Positions 11,825 through 20,747 of a stretch of 64,000 nt of DNA are shown piece by piece. The translations under genes were made by a program, and so were the position numbers. The DNA comes from Eledone cirrhosa (Eukaryota), in the NCBI GenBank assembly GCA_964016885.1, contig OZ024744.1:100998001-101062000 (forward strand), in the 5' to 3' direction. Position 1 is the stretch's first letter; each line of letters begins with the position of its first letter. Under the pieces are notes generated by a model. That model ran no database searches. It was not told where the DNA came from and was given only the letters and a program-made list of their open reading frames with translations.

Positions 11825-11875
11825 ACACACATACGCACACACATATACACACACACAAACACATGCATACATACA
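11563..11875. repeat. Compound (AT)n/(AC)n microsatellite region
   Basis: Pure (AT)n at about 11755-11821, flanked by (AC)n and ACAT-type repeats. Confidence 0.9.
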
Positions 11876-12038
11876 CGTCCGCAAGTAGGAGTATAAAAAG
11901 GGGGTACCAAAAAATGAAAAGGTATACTCACAAATCCATGTGCAAAAAATATTTTATATCAAAATAATATAAATACACATACATACATAAATATATACAC
12001 ATACAAAAGCTATACACATCTGTACACACACATATAAT

Positions 12039-12090
12039 TGTTTCTACTTTAGGCACTAGGCCAGCAATTATCCAGTGCATTACTGGTACT
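12039..12090 (-). mobile_element. 5'-truncated copy (3' end only) of the GGTCGATAAAATAAAGTACCAG-family SINE
   Basis: tgtttctactttaggcactaggccagcaatt...tactggtact, flanked by the direct repeat acacatataat (12028-12038 and 12091-12101). Confidence 0.8.
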
Positions 12091-12101
12091 ACACATATAA
12101 T

Positions 12102-12286
12102 TGTTTCTACTTTAGGCACAAGGCCAGCAATTACCCAGTGCATTACTGGTACTTTATTTTATCGACCCCGTAAGGATGAAAGGCAAAGTCAACCTCGGCG
12201 GGATTTGAACTCAGATCATAAAGGGGCGTAACTATGCTGGAAAGCATGGCGTCAAACCCTCTACCGATACTGCCAATCCACCGCCC
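12102..12286 (-). mobile_element. Full-length tRNA-derived SINE (gcctttcatcc...ggtcgataaaataaagtaccag family)
   Basis: Minus strand reads gggcggtggattggcagtatcggtag...gagttcaaatccc (B box)...agtagaaaca. A 20-bp TSD actggtactacacatataat lies at 12082-12101 and 12287-12306. Confidence 0.9.
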
Positions 12287-12379
12287 ACTGGTACTACACA
12301 TATAATGATATGTATAAATACACACATATGTGTATGTACACATAAGCCTGTCTGCATATGCGCCCACATACAACCTTAT

Positions 12380-14023
12380 GTGAGTACACTTAAAAAACCT
12401 AGTGGGTAAGTAAGGACAAGGGGGAGTATAACTGAGATCAAATAATATAAAAAAATTTATGAACAGGTGAGAGAGAAAAGAGGTGTAAAAGTTGTGGTAG
12501 AGAGTAAGTGTTTGTGATGAGATCTGGATATGGGTATATAGTTAAAAAGTGATCTGGGTAAAGGATGAAGGTGGTGGGTGTGTATGTGTTAAAGGTATGG
12601 TAGAAAATAGGGGGGGGGGGTATAAGTCAAATGAAAAAAAATATAGATAAAGATGAGGGAGATAAAAAGTATATATTGGTAGAAAGTATGTGTTCATAAG
12701 GTGATGATACTGGTGGTGAGTGGAAGGCGTGATATGCAAAGAAGAAACTCAGGGTGGTTGAGTAATCGTTGGTGTGTTAATCCAGCTAAAAAGTAGTTGC
12801 GATTTCAGGTGCAGACAACATCTAAATATCCCGGTCTTAGAGTTGAGACAAGTGGGAGGGGTTTTAAAGTTTTGGAGAATTCTGAATTTTTCCGTAATAT
12901 ACAAAGAACATTTCTTTGTGCCCCTTCGGTATTCTCTTGAATGGTCTAAAATAGACCAATCAATAGTGTATGGAATGTTTTTATCTTTAAACTCCCACAC
13001 TTTATTTGCCACCACCGTTGCTGTTCTTTTTTCAGAGTATTTGAAAGAAGCAACATGTGCATAGTGCCTGGTTTTAAATCTGTCCTGAGTCATGCCAACA
13101 TATCGCTCACTTCTGGCTAGCTGGTTATTAATCATTGGCATCAATTTGGCCTCATACACAATAGATTTGGTATTACATTTGCCCTCTAATGGGCATTCTT
13201 CTGGCTTCCTGCAGCTGCATCCTGGATTTACTCTAGTACCATTAGAGTTGGTAATTTTAGTTTTCATTGATGGGCAGCAAGAGTAGCTGATTTTAACTAC
13301 ATTTCTATTGAATATCTTATTATATCTATGATTAGGGGGAAAATGTTTGTCTAGAAGGTCGAGGAATTTTCTTCCTATGTTAGTTTTAACAGTTAGAGAG
13401 AAGGGAGGTGTAAACCAAATAATTTTTCTGTTATTGTGTTTAGTGTTAGAAAGAGGAATATGTAAATATTTAATTTGTTCGGTGAAGCCGCTGTTATTGA
13501 GTGCCTTATTAAAATAAGGGGCAGCTTTGTTAAAAATGTCTATAGACGAAGATAGGGCAGAGATCCTATGGCTAATGTTAGGAATAAGAATTTTAAAGAC
13601 TATAGAGGGGTGGCAAAACTCTTTGTGTATATATCTTAAATTTTCATTAGGTTTATGATAAAGGTTTAAAAGAGGCAGTAAGTAGGTCAAGATTGATATC
13701 AAGGAAGTTAGTATTAGTAAGATTCGTATCTATAGTAATTTTTAGGTTTAAGTTAGCAAAGTTATTGATTAAGTCTTTACGGAATTTATCAAGGTTATGG
13801 CCATTGGTGGTATGAAACTGCCAAACCGTCGTCTCGGTATAAACCGATATTATGGCAAGGAAATTTCTCTTTAAGGGTGTGGAGGAGGAATAATCCTACT
13901 AAGTTGCACACATCGGCGCTATCATATGAGCCCATCGCAACATCAAAAGAGTTTTCAGGGCTTGATTTTTAACCCAAGTACCTTCATTAGCAAAGAGTAG
14001 TGTTTTCCTAGCATGAAAGATAT
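12380..14023 (-). mobile_element. 5'-truncated Penelope-like element, probably Naiad clade (RT C-terminal half plus GIY-YIG endonuclease), decayed
   Basis: Minus strand translates to HARKTLLF...WVK, FDVAMGSYDSADVCNLVG and IGLYRDDG (about 13822-13850). ORF 12749-13702 has IIWFTPPFS..VKTNIG, VKISYSC, a CxCx5C motif (CSCRKPEEC) and IVY...YVG..RFKTRHYAH. Frameshifts are present. Confidence 0.85.
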
Positions 14024-15302
14024 ATCATCATCATCATCATCATCAACGTTTAACGTCCGTGTTCCATGCTTGCATGGGTTTGGACGGGGGTTTTCCCACT
14101 TGAGGCAAGAGTGATTGTCTTGCTCGCATAGGACTGTCTGGCAGGTTTTCTACAGTTGGATGCCCTTCCTAACACCAACCACATTTACAGTGTGGGTCTG
14201 GGAGGTTTTTACCGTGTTGCCTACACGGCCACATTACAGCGTGGACTGTGTGTTTTTTTGTCATGACACCTACACAATCTCATTTGTTTCGGCCTGGATG
14301 GTGTGGCACCAACATAACTTTACATAGAAGGGGGCGGTGTGGATGGGGTGGTGGGACGGGGGTGTATTTTGTTAGAGATGCCTACTGACTGTAGTAGGTT
14401 TTACTATGTATTTAGGTAAGGCGGGTCTTCTCTATTACAATGTCTCGGTCCAGTGACATTGTCTTGGAGAGGTGTAAGTGTGTGAGGTCGGAGTTTATCA
14501 GCTCGTCCCAGGTTTTTCTAGGTCTGCCTATTCCGTGGCTACCGTCTATCTTTATTGCCCTGCACTTTGTTATACAGCTATCGACTTTCATGCGCATCAC
14601 GTGTCCATACCAACGTAGCCTTCTCTCGAGTAAACAACATCTGATCCCTCTTATTACTAATTTTTTCCTTAGTTCGTTTATGCTTTGCCGTTCACGTATA
14701 TTACTATTACACATCCAGCGGAGCATGCAAGCTTCGTTCCTCTCTAGTCTGCGTATATCCTCTGCACACAATGCCCAGGTCTCACTGCCATGCAACATTG
14801 CTGTTCGTATGCAGGCATCGTACAACCTGCCTTTCATTTTTAGGGAGAACCCTTTAGCGGCTAATAGTGATATAAGCTCTCTGAACTTTTTCCATCCAGT
14901 TCTGACTCTAGCTACTGTACTTTCAGAGCACCCTCCCCCACTGCTGATTTTGTCACCCAGGTAACGGAAGCTGTCCACTATTTCTATAGAGCCCTCTGCG
15001 CAGTTGAAAGAGCTAGTATTTTGTGGGCACTTGCTGCTACTTATTGCACCAGAGCACCGGCCACATGTGAAATCTATGTTCTTAGTTAGCTTACCTGTGA
15101 TTCCACTACATCTTTTATGCACCCATACTTTGCATTTCTGACACAAAATGGAGTTTCTACCTACGCCTTTCCTACACACTGAGCATGGCCACTTCCCGGA
15201 AGGGACCGCCGCCTTATTTTCTTTCCTACAAACTAGAACTTTGGTCTTAGCCAGGTTAATTTTAAGGCCTTTTGATTCTAGGCCGTGCTTCCATGTTTGG
15301 AA
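14024..15302 (-). mobile_element. 5'-truncated RTE-clade LINE with complete 3' UTR and (GAT)n tail
   Basis: ORF 14412-15302 (FQTWK..GLKINLAKTKVL...FRYLGD...RRLRWYGHVMR..GRPRKTWDE) is homologous to 10170-10910. The (CAT)n tail on + lies at 14024-14045, with atatat at both junctions. Confidence 0.92.
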
Positions 15303-15313
15303 TATATATATAT

Positions 15314-15442
15314 ATAGGAAAAGGTTCAGGACCCCGACGGCAGAGCTCAAGCCGTTTCAACGGCTATTTATGGACTCAGAGTCCAGAAATAACCGTTGAA
15401 ACAGCTTGAGCTCTGCCGTTGGGGTCTTGAACCTTTTCCTAT
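15314..15442. repeat. Long palindrome: 61-bp arms (15317-15377 and 15379-15439), 1-nt spacer, 5 mismatches
   Basis: ggaaaaggttcaggaccccgacggcagagctcaagccgtttcaacggctatttatggactc-a-gagtccagaaataaccgttgaaacagcttgagctctgccgttggggtcttgaaccttttcc, TA-flanked. Confidence 0.95.
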
Positions 15443-15555
15443 TACCCACTCTACTACCCAAAGTATTGAGTACTCTGGTGCGTTATGGTCCACCTGGTTC
15501 CTTACCACATATCATTCACTATACATATATTATTCTATTAATATATGTATGTATG

Positions 15556-15602
<47 letters not shown>

Positions 15603-15662
15603 CTATTAATATATGTATGTATGTATATATATATATATATATATATATCCACTCCTGCGTTT

Positions 15663-15738
15663 ACAGATTGACTTTGTTAGTTTCAGAAGATCCCGTTAAG
15701 GGTGAAAGCAGCGATTCTTTGCTTAAACTTTAATCTGT
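15663..15738 (+). ncRNA. Type I hammerhead ribozyme-like fold with one core mutation
   Basis: Stem I acagattga/ttaatctgt and agttt/aaact; core cAgaaga (consensus CUGANGA); stem II ccc-gttaa-ggg; GAAA; stem III agcag/ttgct; cleavage triplet CUU. aataaa follows. Confidence 0.65.
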
Positions 15739-16277
15739 TATTTTAATAAATATATATATATATACATGCATATTATTTGGTGTTAACTTTCTCCTTTCAT
15801 CTTTATTTATAGAATGAGATAAATTAGTCTCTTAACATCCTAAAATGATTTTGTAGAATACCTAAATATAAATATCTAGAAACAGGTTTAATGTTTATTG
15901 TATCTTTATTAGAGGACAGATTATTGTGAAAATTTGCAGTATAAGAGTAAACCTTTTGATATTTAATGTGATACAGTCATAGTGCTGTTTTATACTTTTC
16001 ATGAATATCTTGCTAATGTTGTTTAATCTGGTACAAGATGTTGGGAATTAAAGTTGAGATATTTTTCAGCATTGCAAATTGTTTGTTTCAAGTGTTAGAA
16101 TATAAATATAGTTTGATAATAGATGTATAATGAATATTACTTAAATCCTGTATAAGTAACATACATATTTCTAATGGCTTCTTTAAGTGAGAATTTTTTT
16201 TTTTTTTTTTTTTTCTTGAAAAGTGATGTTATATATTTTATTAAACAAAAAATATAAAATATATATTTCATTTCCAG

Positions 16278-16308
16278 AATTACAACAAAATGATATATGC
16301 CCAATACC
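16278..16308 (+). other. Candidate 31-nt microexon of an unidentified host gene
   Basis: Acceptor tttcatttccag| and donor |gtaagt in unique AT-rich sequence. Two frames are open (NYNKMIYAQY; xLQQNDICPI). Confidence 0.4.
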
Positions 16309-17279
16309 GTAAGTAAATCTGTTATTTTAAATAAACTTTTATATTTTATGGTTTCAGCTGTTTATCTTATCACTTTCTTTTAAACTAAATTATGTGTAGT
16401 CCTTTCAGATTTTCCCTGAAAATATAAGCATTTCACTTCTGTGTCGAACACAGTTACTTTCCTTTGATATGTGTTTATTATTGCTAAATTATTTAAAATA
16501 TATGTCAATATAACCTACTAATTTTCTAAATAGAATAATATGAAATTTCAATTTAAATATGTTCCTATTTATTACTTTCCTCTAAATTGACATTGATTAA
16601 TATATAAAATATTTATTAAGTAAATTTAATATCCATAAAGCTAAACGAGAACTTAATTAAATAAAAGAAATGGTAAAAATAATATTTTATAAAATATTAT
16701 TACTGTTCAGAAGAAATATAACAACTTTAATTAATAAATTAAATTAAATTAAATCATTAATACAGATAATTAATTATATAATTAACACATAACTAATTAT
16801 TAAATCATTAACACAAATAACTAATTATTTCTTATTTTGTTCTAAAACAAATTTATGATGATAACTCCAGATAAATGTTACAATCCTCTTGTAGAACCTT
16901 ACCCTCTCTCTATCTCTTTCTCGAGGGATTATAGACATAAATTTTGTTTTTGAAGAAAACTAAATACTACCCTGTATAATACTAATTACTTTATATGCTC
17001 TATGGCAAGGGTCTCAAACATGTGACCCACAAACTACTTTTCTAGGGTCCACGACAGAACAATTTTCGTGACTAATTAAGGAAAATTAAAAACAGAAAAT
17101 GTTCTCCTAACTAATCTCACATATCCCACACTATCATATGGACATTCATTTGGGAGTGAAAATAAATACTTAAATAACAACCTAGCAAATTTTTTTTTTT
17201 TTTAAAGTTTTTATATATATTTTATTTTTTATTACAATTGTATAAATTTACTGTAGAACAACTTCGTAAATATGTTTAA

Positions 17280-17492
17280 CCCTTTAGCATTTACATTACT
17301 CTATATTTACTATTGTATGTTTGTGGTAAATGCTTTATCTTACATAATTATCTCACTTCATATTAATTCTATGAGATTTTGAAGTTATTTATTTTGAGAA
17401 CAAGGTCAGTATGAGTGGCAAGTTACAGCAGGTTTGAACAGAAAGTGGTGAGAGAATTCTGGCCAGATATGGCTGGTTTAAATGCTAAAGAG
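17280..17492. mobile_element. piggyBac-like MITE nested in the hAT element
   Basis: TTAA|ccctttagcattta ... taaatgctaaagag|TTAA. An inverted paralogue lies at 20260-20469. Confidence 0.8.
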
Positions 17493-17644
17493 TTAATTAT
17501 ATATAAATAACATTACAAATGCATAAATAACATTATAAATTGCTCGCAATTCATACAGAAGGACATTACAAATATGTCTAAACTGTGTATAATAACTCAA
17601 TAATATAAATTCATTGAACAAAAATGATAAAGGAAAGAAAAGAG

Positions 17645-17830
17645 AGGGGAGTGCAATTCACCAGCAAGTGTGACAATCGGCTGCACCTCATACCTTAGGG
17701 GTTAACTACACAGTTTGGAGTAAGCCAACACGCTTGCAGCATTACCACGGGTGATGGCGAGGCTAAGGCACTGAAATAACCAGGCACCCTCACGCTGCAG
17801 ATTAGCTATATGACTAGTGGAAATCACCCC
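17645..17830. repeat. Unclassified dispersed repeat, with an inverted degenerate copy at about 18140-18290
   Basis: cattaccacgggtgatggcgaggctaagg resembles the reverse complement of ccttttaatcctgctatcacccatggcaatg (about 18198-18228). Confidence 0.45.
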
Positions 17831-18354
17831 CCCCCCACACACACACACATCTCAGTTTTGGCCCATTGTGGCCTTTCTCTCAGAATGTAATGGCCCCTTT
17901 GAGTCCTTAAGTTTGAGACCCCCTGCTCTATGATATGTTATGTAATTAACATAATATATTTAAACACATGTGTGTGTGTGTATGTTCTGTGCATGTTGTG
18001 TGCATGTTTGCTTGTGTATCCGTGTGCATGTGATTCAACAAAAGATATTTTTTCTATCCTATGGCATTTGAGACATTATAGTGAAGCTGGGCCACTGACA
18101 CCAAGGTTCTTGTCATTGTTGGCAGCTCTTACTAATGTATCAGGTGATGTTTCTAGTGTGTATGTGTGTGTGTGGGGGGGGGGGGGGATATTCCAACCTT
18201 TTAATCCTGCTATCACCCATGGCAATGGAGTGAGTGTGTTGGCTTACCTAAAATATTATTAGAGAGAAACTCCAGCACCCCTTGTTTATGACATGTGATT
18301 GAGTGTGTATGGCTGCTCCTACTTTTTTTCTCCTTTTTTTAATATAAATATAAT

Positions 18355-18541
18355 TGTTTCTACTTTTGGAACAAGGCCAGCAATTTCCCAGTGTATTACT
18401 GGTACTTTATTTTATCGACCCCGTAAGGATGAAAGGCAAAGTTAACCTCGGCGGGATTTGAACTCAGAATGGCAGGGGCCGTAACTCTATGCGTCAAAGC
18501 ATGGCGTCCGACCCTCTACCGATACTGCCAATTCACCGCCA
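18355..18541 (-). mobile_element. Full-length tRNA-derived SINE (same family as 12102-12286)
   Basis: High identity to the 12.1-kb copy. 18-bp TSD ttttaatataaatataat at 18337-18354 and 18542-18559. Confidence 0.9.
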
Positions 18542-18700
18542 TTTTAATATAAATATAATGTTATTACAGTGGAGTCGCATGAATCTACCCCAAATCACCC
18601 CTGGTTCCGCAACGCAAAGCTGTATACTTTAAAGTTAGGAAAAAAAAATCACTGGAGAAAAAGTTGTAGTGCATTGTACATAATAATTTTCATTATTATA

Positions 18701-19813
18701 ATGTGTAGACACGCGCTCAGGCTACGACATCTCCACCTCTTCCTCGACGGTGATCAGGTGTGGTCGCCGTTTGCTAGATGCGTCTTTTCCCAACTCGTCT
18801 CCTTGACGGAGCTGCAGTCCTGGGTCAAGCGAAGACTGAGAGGAAGCGCTTGGAGACTGGAATGACTTCAGGCGCTCACAGCCCTCGACCCATAGGGCAA
18901 TGTGATTGGTGGAAAATCCACCTTGGTGTTCTATAGGGGATTAGTGGAGGGAAAGAGCGATGACATACTTGGGGAAACTCTAGGCGTCGACGAAAATCAA
19001 CTAGCCAATCTCTTTGGAAGAACTTTTGGGCCGGGGCCTATGGACAACTTCCAGAAATCCCTGGCCAGGCAGTGCTACCGAGGAGCTTTGCCAGTTCGGG
19101 ATAAACTCTACAGGCATGGAGGTGCCGTCAGCCGGGCATGTCCGAGATGCGCGCTGGGCGACGAAACCGTCCTGCATGCACTCGTCCAGTGTCCGAGCAT
19201 TGCTGACTTGTGGGTTTATGTCGAACACCTGCTGTCACATGTAGAACGGATCTGACTATCAGCTGAGTCCATTGTGAGGATTGTCCCGCCCTCTTCTTTT
19301 AGCTGGGAAGGGCAGGCAGTTTTTATCTGTCTGGTGGCCATGGCGAAAGAGATAGTATGGTGGACACGTCTGAAAGGGCTGAAGATGAGCACTTACCTCT
19401 TCTGCGATGCCCTGATTAACTTTTTCCAATTTCATTTGAAAAGGAAAATCAGGGTAAAGAGAGAAGTGCTCTCTTCCCAGCTTTTTGTTGAAAGATGGGT
19501 GAGAGAAGCAAGAATGGCCCGAGTGAATGGGCCTACTCTGAGTATATGCCTGTAATTGAAGGTGGAAAACTGGGAGAGGACACTTGCCCTGGTGGTCAGG
19601 GTCACCGTGGTTTTTTTTAATGGGCTTTCTCCACGATGGCTCTCGGAAGTACAATGTATTAAAAGAACAATGAAAAATTCCTCTATTGGGGAATTTTTCA
19701 TTGTTCTTTTATTACATCCTCTGGTTTTTGTTTTTTTTACATGCAGAAATGCCCATTTGTACTGTACTGTCCTTAATGTCTACTTTGTGTAAACCCTTGT
19801 GGTTAATAAAGAA
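18701..19813 (+). mobile_element. 3' fragment of an L1/Tx1-clade LINE (ORF2 C-terminus with zf-RVT zinc knuckle, plus 3' UTR)
   Basis: GC-rich reading frame with YRGALPVRDKL..CPRC-x8-H-x4-C. In-frame TGA at 18863 and 19253, end TAA at 19553, T-rich UTR and aataaa at 19805. Confidence 0.8.
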
Positions 19814-19853
19814 AGCATTATTATTATTTTCATAATTATTATTATTATTATTA

Positions 19854-19945
19854 TTACGGGGTCGATAAAATAAAGTACCAGTAATGTACTGAGTAATTGC
19901 TGGCCTTGTGCCTAAAGTAGAAACAACAATTATTATTATTATTAT
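19854..19945 (+). mobile_element. 5'-truncated SINE 3' end with (ATT)n tail
   Basis: ttacggggtcgataaaataaagtaccag...agtagaaacaacaattattatt, embedded in an (ATT)n tract. Confidence 0.85.
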
Positions 19946-19956
19946 TTTTATAATAA

Positions 19957-20143
19957 GGGCGGTGGATTGGCAGTGTCGGTAGTGGGTCTGACCACATGCT
20001 TTGCAGCAAAGAGTTATGACCCTTTAGGGTCTGAGTTCAGATCCAGCCGAGGTTCACTTGGCCTTTCATCCTTACGGGGTCGATAAAATAAAGTACCAGT
20101 AATACACTGCGTAATTGCCGGCCTTGTGCCAAAAGTAGAAACA
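19957..20143 (+). mobile_element. Full-length tRNA-derived SINE (same family)
   Basis: gggcggtggattggcagtgtcggtag...gagttcagatcc...agtagaaaca. Flanking direct repeat attatttttata at 19941-19952 and 20144-20155. Confidence 0.9.
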
Positions 20144-20259
20144 ATTATTTTTATATAAATACCATAAAAAAAAATTTATTTATTTAAAATAAATATATAT
20201 ATCTATTATGATGTTTAAAAAACCCCCAAAACATTGAAAACACTTAAATTCCAATTTAA

Positions 20260-20469
20260 CCCTTTAGCATTTAAACAAGCCATATCTGGCCAGAATTCTC
20301 TCACCTCTTTCTATCCAAACCGACTGTAACTTGACACTCATACTGATGTTAAGGTATTGTTCTCAAAATAAATAATGTCAAAATCTCATAGATTCGATCT
20401 TATGTGAGGTAAAACCTTTACCACAAAAATACTATAGTAAATATAGAATCAGTAAATGTTAAATGATAA
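20260..20469. mobile_element. piggyBac-like MITE, inverted relative to 17280-17492, right TIR degenerate
   Basis: TTAA|ccctttagcatttaaacaagccatatctggccagaattctctcacc closely matches the reverse complement of 17446-17496. Confidence 0.75.
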
Positions 20470-20747
20470 AACCTTTTTTCTTAGCTTAAAGTGTTGTTTG
20501 TTTTTTGGTTTTTTCTTCTTTTTTTTACAAGAGGCTGAAGTTATGGATTTGAGATATTAGCAAACCTTCTAAACAAGGGCAGGCATATAATCTACAGATA
20601 AACATTTCTCAGATTCTTGTAGTTGTGATATTTTACCTAATTTTTTAACACTATTATCATTGTAGTGAATCTGTTTTGGTTTCAACATTTCAGATTTCAT
20701 CCAAACATTTCAATAACTCATGAGATTTGATTACTTCCAGTTGTAAC

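Larger units (their letters stand above)
17006..17925. mobile_element. Non-autonomous hAT DNA transposon with nested insertions
   Basis: TIRs caagggtctcaaac and gtttgagaccccctg. 8-bp TSD ctctatgg (16998-17005) and ctctatga (17926-17933). Confidence 0.85.

Noticed and set aside
10854-12373. Short ORFs rich in YI/CV/HT dipeptides
   Set aside because: They are translations of (AT)n/(AC)n microsatellites and SINEs.
15317-15439. Palindrome as a pre-miRNA
   Set aside because: The 1-nt loop, and mismatches that give two G-U pairs on either strand, show no strand-specific selection. It is better explained as a TE-derived DNA inversion.
18860-19256. In-frame TGA codons in the Tx1 fragment as selenocysteine or readthrough
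   Set aside because: They are consistent with ordinary decay (e.g. CGA>TGA) in a truncated LINE, and no SECIS is evident.
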